Assembly: GCA_041649175.1 (NCBI GenBank)
Contig: JBAZNR010000001.1
Coordinates: forward strand, 322,332 to 386,331
Reading direction: 5' to 3'
Source of the DNA: Candidatus Omnitrophota bacterium
Lineage (GTDB): Bacteria; Omnitrophota; Gorgyraeia; Zapsychrales; JBAZNR01
DNA: 64,000 bases
A model generated the notes under the pieces. The model did no database searches. It worked only from the letters and a program-made list of their open reading frames with translations, and had not been told where the DNA came from. The stretch's first letter is position 1; each line of letters opens with the position of its first letter. This document shows positions 1 to 15,000 of the stretch, one piece after another. The translations under genes were made by a program, and so were the position numbers.

Positions 1-3000
1 CAATCTCCCGGTTTTCCTAAAGATTCAGGAAGGCCGTTGATGACAACCTCTGAGAAATTTGTCCCTAAATAATCTTTGCCGGCTTCTCTTAAAACACCAA
101 TTCTTTCCGCGGGAACTTTTTTTGATATTCCCGAAACATAAAGGCTGAAACTATCGCGCAGTCTGGTTTTTTCTAAATCCAAATTAAGTCTTTTAGCGCG
201 CTTGATAACACCTGCCCTGGTTAAATTAAGCCGGTCGGATAATTCCACCACATGCGGCAGGCGCTTTTCTTTTGAGGCGGCTATCTCTCTTTTGATCTTT
301 AAATAAGTATCGATAAGATCCACATCGTCTTCTTTAGTCAGCACAATATTTAATACCTTAGCGCGGTGCTGGGTCCACGTTATGGATTGATTTGTCCTTC
401 TTGCTAATTCGATTTTTGTCGGAGCTCTTTGATAAATTTGAATGAGCTCTTGATAAACAGCCCTTAAAACATCATCAGTGATTTCGGTCGTGAAAAGGCC
501 GCTGGTTACGTTTCTTGACTTATTCGCTGCGGCGTTTTCTGCGTTTACTGTTCCCCAGAAAAATGATCCAAACAATAAACCGCCCGCAAAAGCATTCAAA
601 TCAGTTTGATTGCTTTCTTTTTTTGGTTCAGATAAAAGCCCTTTTTTGCGCCCAGAGCTCGGACGTAATTCTGCCGCAACCCATGATCTCTTAGGCTGGA
701 GCATTTGATATCTTTGATAAACAATTTCCGCCGCTCTTGTCGCGTACCTAAACCAGAAATGATTGGCAACAGAATTGGTGTGTGCTAAAGAAGCTCCGAT
801 GTCAGGATGAGTCAACATTGATACTTTTCGTTTAAGTCTTTTAATATAATCTTCTTCCATCTCATGTAGCTCATCCGGGTTAATACCAAAAACACGGCAC
901 GCGATTTTATAATTATTCGGCTGATCCCCCAGGTTCCCAGGGGCTTGGTTGTAAAGATCAGGTTTCTCTCTCCTTAGAGCAGCAAGGCTACCGGCTTTCT
1001 TTAAGGCATCATTGATCAAGCCACAGATAGATGTTTTGACAAGCCTTTGAGCATTTTCAGTATTTTGATGCCTTTGCGTCTTTTGTTCGTAATATTTAAT
1101 TGATTTACTTAACTGCGAAAAGAGATACTGATTTTTCTGAATATGTTCACGGACTGCCCCCTGATGGCTAAGCTTAAGCATTTTACCGGCTTTTGCTTGA
1201 TTACCGTTATTCAACCGTAAGGCCGCGTAAATAACCATAGATTTGAATATCTTTACGGGAGGATAGAATGGAAAATCGAAAATCGCAGCATCTCCGGCTA
1301 TCGATTGTCTGTCAATTCCGTGCTTTCTTTTTAGAGCATCTCGATAGCTCTGATCTCCGCCCAGAATAATATCCGCTTCTTTATCTCTCCACGTTCGTTT
1401 CAGTACGGTAAGAATATACAAATACTCGATTTCTTCCCAAGAAGAACCCGCGCGCATAGCTTCTTGTAGTGTTGTAATCATAGTGGATATTTTAGCAGCA
1501 GGCTTTTTAAGAAGCATATATGTGGTCATGGTGCGGGCAAAAACGCTTTTTATCTCCTGCAATGATCTCTCTAATTTAGAAAATTCCATTTTTCCGTCAT
1601 TTATAAATTCATAAACTGTTTCTTTGTTTATGCCGAGTATCTGAGTAGATTTTTCTTTATTGTTCTTTGACAAAAGCAAAGCCGTATAAACAGAGAATAG
1701 TTTTAAAGTATGGACTGTCGGGAAGAAAGGCAAGTCAAGGTTAATAAGGCCTGACGGAACAGATTGATGAGTAAGCTGATACTTCCTCATGCTTTTTGCT
1801 AACGTATCCTGTTCTTGCATCCCTAACACAGCTCTAGCGTTTCCTTCATGCCATTTGTAAAATTGCAGAACATGGTAAATATATGACCGTTCGATCTCTG
1901 CCCATTTATGCTGGGCCAACAGGTCTTCCAAACGCTTCACCAAAGCTCTTCTTTGCTGGATAGAAATATTATCAAAATCAGATATTGCTTGAGAAACTTC
2001 TGTTGGGCTGTTTTCCACACTTCCCCATAAAATCGGCAAGATGGACGGAATAATAAAGGCATTAAGCGTTTTTTGCTTAGATAGGGACGGAATATTTTCT
2101 CTTACCGGTAAAGGCCAGCCGTGCTTTTCAAATTCGGCAATAATTTCAGCGCGGCGATTGTAATAAACGACCTTAAACGTCGAATTGATCATGCGGGCAA
2201 GTTCTTCCCAGGAAATCGGTTGCCAATCTTTTCGCGGAGTAGATTCGTAATAAGCATCCACTTCTCTCACCAATTGCTCCATCGAGAAAAATTGAAAAAC
2301 AATTTTTAATCCGTCATTGAGTTTTCCGCGCAGCGACGCGCTACCTGGGCTCATCGCTAATTGCTCAGCCAGGCGAATATTATTCCTATCCTTATCGATG
2401 ATATCTACTTTAAGATTTTTTAACCTTTGTACTTGCGTTAAATGATCCTGCAATTGAGCGAGTAAGCGATTTTTTATTTCTCTTACCTTGCCCTCTCGAA
2501 GGCTTAACACAATACCAACTTCGTCATAGCTCCACTCTTTACCGTTTTTGGTCCCTATTCCGTAAAGCAAGAAAAGGATGAGCCGCGACCGAGGATCTTT
2601 TAAAGAAAAAATAACACGCAAGAAAAGATCATTTTGCTGATCAACAATAAGCCATCTCTTTTCCGCGGCCACAGCGGCAATTTCGTTGAAATGTCGTTGA
2701 AGATCAGAAGCTTTAAATCCGGAATATTTTGAGAGAACTTCTAATGTCAAAGGAACACGCTGATCAGCGGGGATTTCTAGCAAGGCCTGTTCAACCCTTT
2801 GCGCAAAGGCTTCCCTTTCAAATTGAGGAACCGGGATAACCTTAACTTTAGGTTTCGGCGGATTATCTTCTTTTTTAGGTTCCCGTTTTACATTTGTGTT
2901 TTCTTCCTTGGGCCTCTTTACGGTAACGATTGCCAAAGGTTGGCGATTTTCTTTTCTGGGATTTTTTCTACCACGAGCCGCGCGCGAAGGCTTTACGATC

Positions 3001-6000
3001 TCTGCCTCTTTTTTCGAGATTAAATTTTGTAAAGCAGCTTTAAACTCGCCTTGCAGCCTCTTCGTCTGGGCCGCTTCCATTTTAGGATCATAATCTAAGG
3101 CTTCTTTAAGCGCCTCAGCCGCGCGGATAGTTTTTTCCAAATTGGCCCAGGAATGTTCTTTGATCTTTCCATCAACAATAAATTTCTTAAATTTTACCCC
3201 GAGTTCTTTTGTCTTCTTTCCAACGATCTGCCGGACGCGTTCTTTGGTCAATTCAAAAATACCGGCGATATCCTCCAAATACCAATGTTCTTTGGGATTT
3301 TCGGCAATGATCCGATAAAAGAGAACTAAAATCAAAGCATCTCTTTGATTGTTCATATCTGCTAAAAGCCACAAGATTTCTTCTCTTTGAGATGAGACAT
3401 CTAACTCCCATTCCACGTTAGGAACGGTATTCTGCTCAATTTGCAAGCCTTCGTGAGCTTCAACACTCTTCCGTCCTTCCACTGGATCCCCGAGGCGAAC
3501 AAAGGTAATGCGCGGTCTGCTTTCTTTTTGACCTCCATTGTTCCTCTGCTCTTTACTTTGTTTAGGAATTCTTATCGTACGGCTATACTTGGCCTTAAGC
3601 AAGTCATGGACTCTGTGCCGTATCCAATTAATGGTATAGGTCATTAATTGTATCCCGCGCTCTTGATCAAATCGGCCGGGCCTTAAAGCAAAGAAGACGC
3701 CTTCCCTGGCAATAGCCAGAAGTTCTTTATCAAGAAAAGCATGATTTAAATATTTCCCAAATTCTTGAAAAATCAATCCCGTATTGGACTCCACAAAATA
3801 ATTGATAATCTTTGACCTTAAATATTCAAATTGTTCCTGCAAAGACGCATCAAAACTGACCAGCCGATAAGCTTTCACTAATATAAGCTCTTCTTCCGGT
3901 GTAAGATTGTGGACGGGCTTACCTAAAATTGTCTTGGCCGCATTGATCGCCGTCATTTCCGCAGATTCCTGATCAGTATTATCGGTGGAAACTACTCCGA
4001 ATAGGGACATCGGAATAAAACAATTTACTGAACTGCCCTGGGACGACTCACTTTCAGGTTCCAAAAACTGCTTATCATCTCTGACAACTTTGTCTTGCAC
4101 AATGCGATAGTTCACTGTTCTTGCAGTCGCTCCGGTAAGATTTTCTCCTCTTTGCGGAAACGCCCTTCTTAAAGAAGGAGAAGAAAATTGAGCAAAGTTC
4201 CAGACGATGGCGCTGATGTTCAAATGATCTGTCTTTATAATGACTTTTTTGCCGCTTTTGTCCTTAAATCCGTCAACGGTAATCTCATAGGGGCCGACAC
4301 GAATTAACTTAGTAACATATTGCCCCGTTTTCCCGTCAAAGAAAATAACTTCATCACGTTCCCATTCAGAGTCCCGCCGGGAAATACCTAAACGGCGCTC
4401 AATATAAAATGGAGTTTTATAATACCAGCTCACTCGGGTAGAGCCGACGGTGGTCCCGCCTCCCTTGTTAAATGTCACTTCTCTGGGGCGAAGGATATTC
4501 CGGTCAAAATTCTGAAATGCCTTGACGCTAAAGGGGCGTAAGTAACCGTTTGTGATTGGAATAACTACGTTTGAATTATCCTTCCCGTCGCCCAGAAGAT
4601 AAAACACATTACCTTTTTTCTCAAAAACAACATAATTAACAGGATTATTCCGCTCAACAACAGCCAAGTAGCGCGACTGAGCCCTTTCTCTGTAAAAAAT
4701 AACCGGAAATGGATCACGGGAATAAAATCTAATAAATCGAATTCTCAGATTTCCGAACAAAATTTCGTTATGGTCTTTTGGCAACGTAAAAGGTTTATTT
4801 TGGCTTAAATATTTCATCACGGCTTGTTTGCGCGGCAGCTGATAAACATTTTCTAAAACCCGGTCGGCAAATTCCGCTGCCGCGCCGTTATAATAAAGAT
4901 CAACCGAAGTAGCTTTGTCTCTGAACTGGATTTCTTCCTTAATGGACGGATAATTTTTATAGGCCGGAACCCAAGCAAATATTCGGCCTTCTTTTCTCCT
5001 CAAAATAAGGACATTGTCTCGGTCGGTTAAGTCAACCAACTTCACCTCAACACCAACAATGCGTTCAACTCTCACCACGCCGGAGAGCTCCTGCGGAAGC
5101 AAAATAACAAGATCCCCTCCCATTTTTATTCTTGGTTTTGACAATACGTAAGTTAATTTCTTTTCTCCCGCGCTGACTAATCCGAACAGAACCGGAACGC
5201 CCAATATAAAACATCCTAAAGATTGCGTCTGATTTTCCGATCGGCTGATACCCGCTACTTGTTGCGGTATTTCATCTTCCCATGCAGGCGTAAAGGCAAA
5301 ATAGATAAGTTCCGTCGAATGGCCCAAATGATATTTCTGAATAAAATCTTTAACACGGTTATACCGGTCTCGAGAATCTTCGGCGAGAAACTCTTGATTG
5401 GTCCTCGGGAAAATGTGGTGCAACTCTTTTCTTTGAGCTCTGTTAAGATCCTTTCGCAGCATAGCCTCAACGATCAAATGCGCCCACAAATACGGCTTAT
5501 GCTCTAAAACAAGGTTGGTGTAAAACAGCTCTCTTAAGATCTGTTTACGGGCGTGTAAATTTTCTTCTGAGAAAGATTTTCGGCTCAGATGTGATTTAAA
5601 AGCGGTCCAGTGATATACAGCCCGCAAATAGACCATATCTAAACGATTCGTGACCCTCATCCATTGACGCTGTCCAAAAGGTGTGCGAGCCCACCGGTAT
5701 AATTTTTGATAAAGGTATGTTTCTTCGATCTCTGTCACAAGATTATGGGGTCTTCCGGATAAGACATCAGAACCAAGCGGGATAACGATTTGCTCGATAT
5801 TTTGATCCTGAAGAAAATAATCCAATCTAGAACGCGGCGCTACGGCATACCCTCTGGCCGCTTGGATAGATTTGAACAACTCCGCCTTGCGTTGTCCACG
5901 GTTTCCTCCGATGCGATTAAATAAATTCCAACGTTCGGCTAAAAACTTAACCGTTTGCCAACGGGATAATTCATGCAAAATGATGATGCGGTCAACTTCC

Positions 6001-9000
6001 ACAAAATTTTGCTGCGGCAAGATATCTGTGGCCTGTTTTTGCCCGTTGTGATCGGTATAATAAAATGCTTGATACTCCTCAGGAACATATTCTAGCGGCA
6101 TCATACCGGCAAAAATAGAATCGCCTAAGATCATGACCTGGATCTCCGAAGTTCCTACCAAAGACCAGCGTCCGGTTTGAAGCATCTGGTAAGTTACGCG
6201 CGATTCTAAAATCGGGTCACGGCTAATTAAGAGAACAACTTCTTTTTCTTTGGATACATTATTTTGGATAACATCACAATTCCACCGGGAACGTTCAATA
6301 AAGGGAAGTAAATTTTCGGCAATGAGGAATATATTTTTTCCTTGTTCTTCCTCGGCTAATTCCGATCCGGAGAAAACAATATTAAATTTCCTCAAGAATT
6401 TAACCACATCCGGCAAGGGATCGCTCAAGCTCACGGTAATTTTCTGCGCGTCGTCCGAAGAAAGCTTTCCGTAAGCCGCCAAATTCACCAAACGAACAAT
6501 GAGATTCTTTAACTTTCTAGAGATCGGTGAACGCAAATAATAACCGATGGTTCTCCACGCTGTTAGACGCTTATGTATTTCTTCTTCAGCCTTTTGGGCG
6601 TCTTTCTCCAGGCTATGCGCGACAAGAACAAGCCAATTTCTTAAACGCTGTGACAAGGTATCCAGGTATTCATCTTCTTCGACGAGCTGCCTCGAAAAGA
6701 TCGTTTGAGGATCATTTTTATCTTTCTGAAATAAACGCACGCCGTTTTCACCCGCCATCAAAAGACTTTCAGAAATCCCAAAATACCCTCTTTGCGGAAT
6801 ACTGTTTTGAACGGGGTGAGATGTAACGATCATATTGACTTCCCGCCCGGTCCTTCCAATAAAATGGATCTTGTCAATAAATCCCTCACGAGATTGAATG
6901 TCAGAGCGGATATCACCCATCAAAGGCGAATAAGCGTCAAACAAGGCTTTTAAAACAGGGGCTTTTAATGATTCGATGCGTCTTAGATCCCGTTCCATCA
7001 TATCCAAAGCGGTCACGCCGGAAAATCCCGCGTAATTAGCTTCCAAGACCGGGCCGCCATGAATAACTAAAATGCCCTGACGCCCGTAATGATAGATATA
7101 ATAATGTTCTTTCATCCAGGCAAACATTTCCTGCATCAAGGGATCTTGCCGGAAATTTTCCATAGTCAAAGGCTCTTGGCCTTCTTGAAGCAAGGTTTGA
7201 TTATATTCTTCAAAAATAAATTTCCCACCGCCCATCGCAAACCAAACTTTCGTTAGCTGCTCGTGATCCATCATGGCCGCGATAAATTCAACTTCATTCG
7301 AACCATAAAGAAGAATAAGGGGAAGTCCGTCGACTTCTTTGTAATGGCGCAAAATTTGATAAATACGTAAATTTTCTTTTCCCTTGCCGAATATGTCCCC
7401 CGTTAAAACGATCTTGGTGGCGCCTTGCGCGAGCGCTTCCGCCATTAAAAGCTCTAAAAGTTCACCGTCGCCTTCAATATCGCCGATAAAAGCAGTACGG
7501 GGAACCTTGGAAGGTTTTCCACTTTTGTATTTCTCGATCTCACGGATAAGTTTTAATTTATTGCGGGCAAAGATCAGTTTCTTTATTTGAACCGCCAACT
7601 CCTCAATGCCGATGACCACCTGGGAACCGGAACGAGGGTCTTCATAAAAAAGCCCTTTAGCGGATTTAATGAGTTCCAACAGCGGCGGTAAAACAATAAG
7701 AAGCCCGTCTCTGGTATAAATTTCCCGGACACTTTTTGTAATATAATAATGATTTGCTTTTAGTTTTTTCTTCAACTCCCGAGCAATATCAATAAGTGTG
7801 CGCAAATGGTCGTGGGAAAATATTTTCTTATGCTTATCCATGTACACAGCCATTTGTTCCAATGTCTCATCCGAAAAGATAAGAAGCTTGGCCAATTTAG
7901 TCAAAAGGCCGAATATCTTAACCACATTTTTAGCCAACATGCGGTCTTGGCCGATGATTTCCCTGCTGTAGGCTAAAACCATTTCTTCAAAGATCAATTC
8001 CCAAACCTGTTCGGCGATCTCAACGGGCGGATGCGTTTTAGGGTCAGCTAAAGCCTCATGAAGAAGAACCACGCCGTCTTGCGGCGACTTATAAGCTAAG
8101 TGCTTAAGATCAGGGCTGAATTTGAAAATAGCTCCGTGAGCCATCTCATCTTTCAGCCGTTCTCTGATGACTGAAAATTCTTTTTCGTTTTGCCCTAAAA
8201 TTTCCGTAAGAAATTCTATGTAAACTTCTCCGTCGGCAATGATGTTGTCTCCTTGAAGCGTCAGGCTTCCGGGATGGCGGGCAAAGAAGTATCCGTTGAC
8301 CGTCCCAAAAATAAACGGAACGGAAAAGATCGGTAAGGCGGCAAATGAATTAAGCGTTTGATTTGATCTATGTTGCGGCTCTAAACGCACAACTCCGGGC
8401 TCATGAATAGATTGCACGCGCCGGCTGATGATCGTTTTATGTTTTAATCCGGCCTTTGTGAATAACGGTTCCCAAATAAATAATCGGTCCAAATAAATAG
8501 CAAAGATCCCATAGCCTTGAGATGAAAAATGTTTTGGCAATTGCTTTAAAATAGCCTGCATTTTTCTCTTAGAAATAAAATCGTTGTGGTTATTTGTCTT
8601 TCCATCGACCGGTTCCGGCGCATGCCAAATGATCACATCGTAAATACCCAGCCCACGCAAACTATTGTGTTTGAACACGCGAACGTTGTTTGTCAAGCCG
8701 TTATGCACAAGATTATGCCCCGTCAGCAAAATACTTTCTTCGGCAATATCGATCGCGTCTACCTGCTTGGCCCCGGCTAATATAGCGGCGATGACATCAA
8801 TGCCGTTTCCGGGCCCGATCACAAGAACTTTGCTTTCAGGCTTTAAAGTGCCCGGGATCTCTAGCGCGCGCACCATGCGCAGAGACTCAAAATGACGAAT
8901 ATCATCGGCAAAAACGATCGTCTGATAGATTCCGGGATAATTAAATACGGTTAGCTCACGGCCGAACATAGGGACAACGGAAGGCGATAAAAGGCTTGGA

Positions 9001-12000
9001 TTTAGATCTTGTGCGGATCCTGTCGAAGACTTGCGGAAAATCAAAACCGCCATGCCGGCTTTAGCTATCCCCCACCAGCCACGGAAAGGTAAGACAGCTA
9101 AATAAAGCGCCGACATGACGGAAATTTTGTCGTCTGAGACGTCGTTAATTTTATTGTAACTCGGTGCCCGTGATTGAAAAGATGTTTCTAAGATTTCTTG
9201 GCGGCCTATCTTCACTATGAAAATAACTAAAAGGGTTGCCAAAGACATTAAGACGCCATAGAGAACAAATCCATTAAGAGAATTTAAATTTTCTAATTTT
9301 TTATGCCGTCGGTAAAGATCGACCAAATGTTCGGTCGCTTTGGCCTGGCCGACAACGAACGGTAACGCCGTTTTTTCCGGAGAGAAATCGTTCCAAGAAA
9401 GCGGAAAAAGGAACGCTCCATCCATCCGATAAACGCGCAAACCCGCCGTCCGCAATAACACCGCGGATGGAACAACATCGTGAACGCCGCCGGTCATTGA
9501 CGTAAACGCGGCATGCCGCCGTTCTCTGCTGAAAATAAGGCGCGTTGCCGTATAAATAAAAGACGACTGCTGTTTAGAGATCACAAAATATCTACTGCTC
9601 TCTAAAACACCACGCAGCGGATGCGGCTCGCCGCTCCAATCGGCAATAATAACTTTATGATCAGCGGAATCTTCCGGGGAAAATTTAATCGGACGGTTGT
9701 TGACAGAAACTTCCCGAGTTAACGCATTGGATTCGAATGTCTCATTTAGATCCGGAGCAATGATCATAGAAATCAGCGGCCAGCCTTTATAAAGGACGCT
9801 TAACGCGAAAACATATTCGTTTGTGTCCTTTTGGGCATAAGCCCGCGTTCCGTCAATGGGGTCGATCACCCAAATAAAATTCGTGTGGCCGAAGTTAGCA
9901 CTATTTTGCCGGATCAAGGGCTCTGGGAGGCCGATCTCTTTTAGATCTTCCTCGGCATGAATATAATGCGTCGGGTATTTTGTAGATATGAACTCAAATG
10001 CCATTTTTTGCGCTAAATGATCTGACGATGTAACCAAAGATCCGTCCGGCTTTCTTTTGACAACCGCCTGATCACGATTCATTTTGATCGTATCAGCGAT
10101 ATGATTTGACATGTTTCTGGCAAAGCGCACTATATCACCGACAAAATCTTCGTCTAATTCTTGGGCCACCGCCGTCACGTTTAATTTCTCTAATTCCGGG
10201 CGATATAATCTGTTGACCCGATTATGGAAAATCGTCTGGATACGAAGCGGAATAAGCGAATTCGGATGAGACACAAACCATTCGGTCGATTGAACATAAG
10301 ATTTGGCGGCCGCCATTGTGTATTTATAACGCGGTGTGGAGATATTATGCAGTCTGTCGGCGGCTTTAATGATCTGCAGATATTTCATTAGTAAATGGTT
10401 TGTAACATCAAAGGCAAGCAGGCGGCCTAAAAATGTTTCATCTTCTTCTAACGAATATTTCTTGCTCAACAGAAGAATACATTGAATGATCAGCTCAACC
10501 GCTGCTGCGTCATCAGTTAATTTTAGTAATTTTCCTCTTAACTCTTCGATCAACTCCGTCCGGGATAACGGACCCTTGTAATCTTCCAAAACATCGTGCA
10601 ATAGCGCGACCGCCGAAATAATTTCAAACCAGAATTTCGGCATATGGTCAAATTCAATTTCTTCGTAAATTCTAAAACTAAAAACCAAAGTTTTAAGCGT
10701 GCTTAATAAATGCAAAATATACGGTTCCCCGTTAGAACGGATCTGACCGGCATGATATTCTCGCGCTATGCGAAATACGCCGTCTAAGAAGCGCTCATCA
10801 AACCATGGCCGGAAAGATTTGATCTTGCGCAAGATCCTTTTAAACTGATTTTCAATGAATTTCTCCGTATATTCGGCCGCGATTTTCTTATAAAGATAAA
10901 CACGGCCAAAGATCGGCTTGCCAAGATACTGGCTTTCAGTGCTATCCTTGGAAACGAATGCACGGACGGAATAGGGGATCACCAGCCAATAAGAATCAAA
11001 GAATTTTTCCGCCGTCATCAAGATCAAACCGCCGTGGCGCGCATTATTAACGATATTGCCGGCCATGATATTGACCGCCCAGGGCTGGTCTTCTTGGGCA
11101 TTTAGCTCTAATTTATATTCGACAAAGTTATAAGTAATAAGATCAAATTTTTCGTCTTCTGAGTTCACTCGGTAGTCGATAATATTGTCGAGGTAAACAA
11201 TTTCGATTTTCTCCTCGATCTCCGGCTTTAACCTAAAGCGGCCTGTCGCAGTTTTATTAAAAGAAATGCTAATACGCCGCTCTAGATCTTCACTTAAAAC
11301 TTCATTGGGCTTAAGAAACCAATGCAGGCCGTAATCTTGCTGCAGCAACACATTCTGTTGGCTCTTAGAAGCCGTCACAATGATCTTGAAATCCCGAAGC
11401 CCGGCTTCCCACATCAAAGCGGCAAAGCGCTGGGCTTTAAAATTGTGCCAGCCGTCTTCATATTGCGATATCCCTCCGACAACATTAGCGCGCATCGTTC
11501 TCCCGGAATCTTTCTTCTGTGTTTTAAAAAGCTCCGGAATGATGACGCGGGTCAAATGCTGATAGATCCCGCCTTTTTCATCAAAAAAGTAAGGATGATT
11601 AATGGATCTTTTTTGGGCAAGATAGGCTTGGAATTTCGTACTGCGCCAGATCATGGCTAAGATAAATCCCAAAGCGCTTAATCCTAAGAAGAATTCTGCA
11701 AAGATAAACAATTCTTCACGGTGATCAGAAGGAGTGGCATCATGAGCAGGAATCGCCCATCCTCTTTCCGAAAAAAGCGATTTGATCCTATCTCGATGAT
11801 CGGAAGTAAGCCGCCTAACATGAAGAATTTCTCTAATTTCTTTCCATGTCAACTGATTACGACGCCCAATAGACATTGCGTCAACTCGCTGGGCTAAGAA
11901 ATCCATTTCCCTTTTTAAGAACATTTCTTTTTCTTTTGCCAACTGCGCTAATCTTTCCGGGCTAAAGACCGGCGTTGGCCAGCCATAATCACGAAATAAC

Positions 12001-15000
12001 CTCCAGTAAGCAAATTTATAATCACTGCGCGCCGAAAGCTCTTTAACACCTGTCATTTCGCCAAGTTCTTGATAGGTGATCGGCTTTCGGTTTTGACGAT
12101 CAATGCCTTTGTAACGAGCAGACATGATGACCTTTAATCGTTTTATTTTTTCCTCATAGTTATTACGCGGCTTAAGAGGCCGTGGTAGATATTGCGCATC
12201 AAAGAAGGCGATGATTTCCAATGTAAAATCCTTTGATCCGATCCCTAAAAGATTGAAGATCTCTTCAAGTGTGAAATTATATTTTCCGATACGGATATTT
12301 TCCAAGCCGATCTCTTCAACTCTCTGGTTCAAAAGATCTTTATAATCCCTATCGAAATCAGGTTTTTCAACCACCGGACTTTCTGCAACCGTTTCTTCTG
12401 CAGCAGCCCCCAATATTAGAACTTTAGGATTTAGTCTTGCCGATGGGATAAGAACTTCCTCTGTTGCTTCAGGGGCTTCGCTGCGCACATGAGGAACTGG
12501 CCAATTTCGTTTTCTTAAAGTTTTAACAATATTTCCTTGCCGGTCAGGAAGAGCAGCTGCTACCGTCAGGATTTCTTGAACTCTACGTTTGCCCAAAGGC
12601 CTTCTCTGCACAATCGGAACACCTCGATACAGGTTCTGAGCTTGCGCCACGAAAGAGCTTTCAAAGTTATTAAAGTCTGCTATCGACCTAATAACAACAG
12701 TCCTTACGTCTTCAGGGCGTGTGCGGCTTAAGCGTGACGCTTGCCCTGAAAAATCATACAAAGAACCATTGCGTACAGTTTTTTCATAAGATGTTTCACT
12801 TGAACCGCTCATGCGCCAATCTTCAGCTTTTTGAACATCCGCATCGTCATCTTTCCCGGCATATCTTGGCAAAAGATCCCAGTTAATTTGATGATTTTTC
12901 ATCGCCGCTTTTAAGGGTTTTTCAAAAATAGAAATTATTTGATTTATGCGCTGGGGTGACACATCTAAATATTTTGCAATTTGCTCTCTGCTCCACGGCT
13001 GCCCGTCAACAGCCCCTAATCCGGTTAATAATTTCAAGATAAGCCGGTCATCGGGATTACTGAACACGGTGACCAGATCGCGCAAATATTCTTCAAATGC
13101 TTGCGCTTGTCCCTCATGCCGGGTTTTCTTCCGGCCTATAGCACGCGGAGATACAAAAACTAATTTTCCTTGGCCTGACCTGGCTTCCCGGCGCGTTACA
13201 ACATTTTGTGAAGTGATCGCCGTAATAGCTTGGTCTATTTCAGGATTAGATTCTTTATGTTTGAATAAAGTTAGAGGATTTATTCCGGCTTCGTGAGCGA
13301 TCATTCTTTGAGTGATCGTGAGGTATCCTTGCCTTTGCAAAGATCCGATGGCCGCTAAGATGCGAGAATCCGTGGACTGCTTGCCGCCGCTGGACGCCAC
13401 CGTGCCGAAAACCGCAAAGAGCATCGAAAAACCAAGCGGCCCAATAACGGCGTTAAGCTTTGTTTCTTTTTCCACTTGCCCATTTTCTAATGAGCGGATA
13501 AGTTTGAACAGCTCATAGCCAGGCTTCTTGGCCTCCACGGCCGCGATAATTTCACTGACAGCCGCTGTCGATAAATGATCATTGGCCTTGACCATAGCAG
13601 TGACGACTGCCTCGATCTCACGCCAATCTAAACTATCGTGATGGTCTAGCTCGATGGCAAGCTTTCGGTATTCTTTGATCACCAAACCGTGATGCTGCAT
13701 AATAAAATAATCCGCAAACCATGACCACACGCCGCCTGAATAAAGCAGGCGGACATCATCAGTCATTTGTCGATCGCTTGCCTTCTGAGCGCGCCAGAAC
13801 ATGATCACCTGCCGCACGCGGCGATTATTGGTCCAGCTTTCAGGAAGGCCGCGCAGAACAATTTGCATCGTTCGCTCTTGGTTTTCATATTCTTTCATCA
13901 GGGCTGCATCAATTTTATTTTCTCTTAAAAGCTGTGCGGCTTTTCCGTATTCGCCTTCAAGAGCAAGAACATGAATTTCATTTTTGATGTCTATCAAATC
14001 AATATATTTTTGCAACTTTGTTTTGAATGTCGCAAAAAATGGGTGAGCAAAATGTTTAGAATCATCTGTTAGGTCAAACAATGCGCTAATCTCGTCTTCA
14101 TCGCTGTTTCTAACAGCTGTTTCAAACCGTGTTTCTAATTCGTCCAATTCAGATTGCCAAATGGCTTTGATTTTCTCTTTTAAAGCGGAAACTTTTTCCT
14201 GCTCTTCGGTCCTATGCTCCGCGATAAGATCAAGAACTTCCACCGAAATACTCCCCGGAAAATCTTGCCCTAACAAGATCAATAAGGAACCGTAAAATCC
14301 AAATTTCTTGATCAGTTCTTCTTTTTCTTCCTTTAAAATACGTAAATTTCTCTTAGCGGTTTTAAACGATTCTTCTTCGGCCGCTGATCTCTTCTTTTTT
14401 CCTCCGTTGCCGTTTCTTTGTTCGTCAAAAACTTTTTGCGCGGCTTCGATGTCTTCATTTTTTCGCCGTAACATATCCGCATGCGTTTTAATGTAACCGG
14501 ATAAAAGGTCGATCAGATTCACAATTTCATCGGTCACGCTGCCATCTTCCCCATAAAATCCTTTGGCAATATCGAAAAATTTATCCGCATTTACTTCATC
14601 GGAAAGTGAAGCAAAAAGCACATCGGCAGATCCAAGCTCAGGATTACGCAAATATAAGAAAATACGATAAACGGCCAATAAGCTTTTAAATGGTTCACGT
14701 AGATCACCTTCAGCCGCCGCATAATGGGCCTGAGCCTGAGCAAAATCATTTTCCTGGTGCCTGATAGTTCCTAGGAAGAAATGAAGTTCGCCGTCTTGCG
14801 GAGAAAATTCAAGAGCCTGCGTTAGATAAACTTTTGAATTTTCCTTATCTTCAACGGCGCCGTAACAAATCCCTAAACTCCTGATACTGTCCCGGCGAAC
14901 GGTTTCCGTCGGATTTCCGTCAAGAACAGCCTTGAAAGTTAAAATAGCATTTTGAAATGATCTTTGGTTATGCAGGCTCACCGCCGCCGCATAAAGCGCC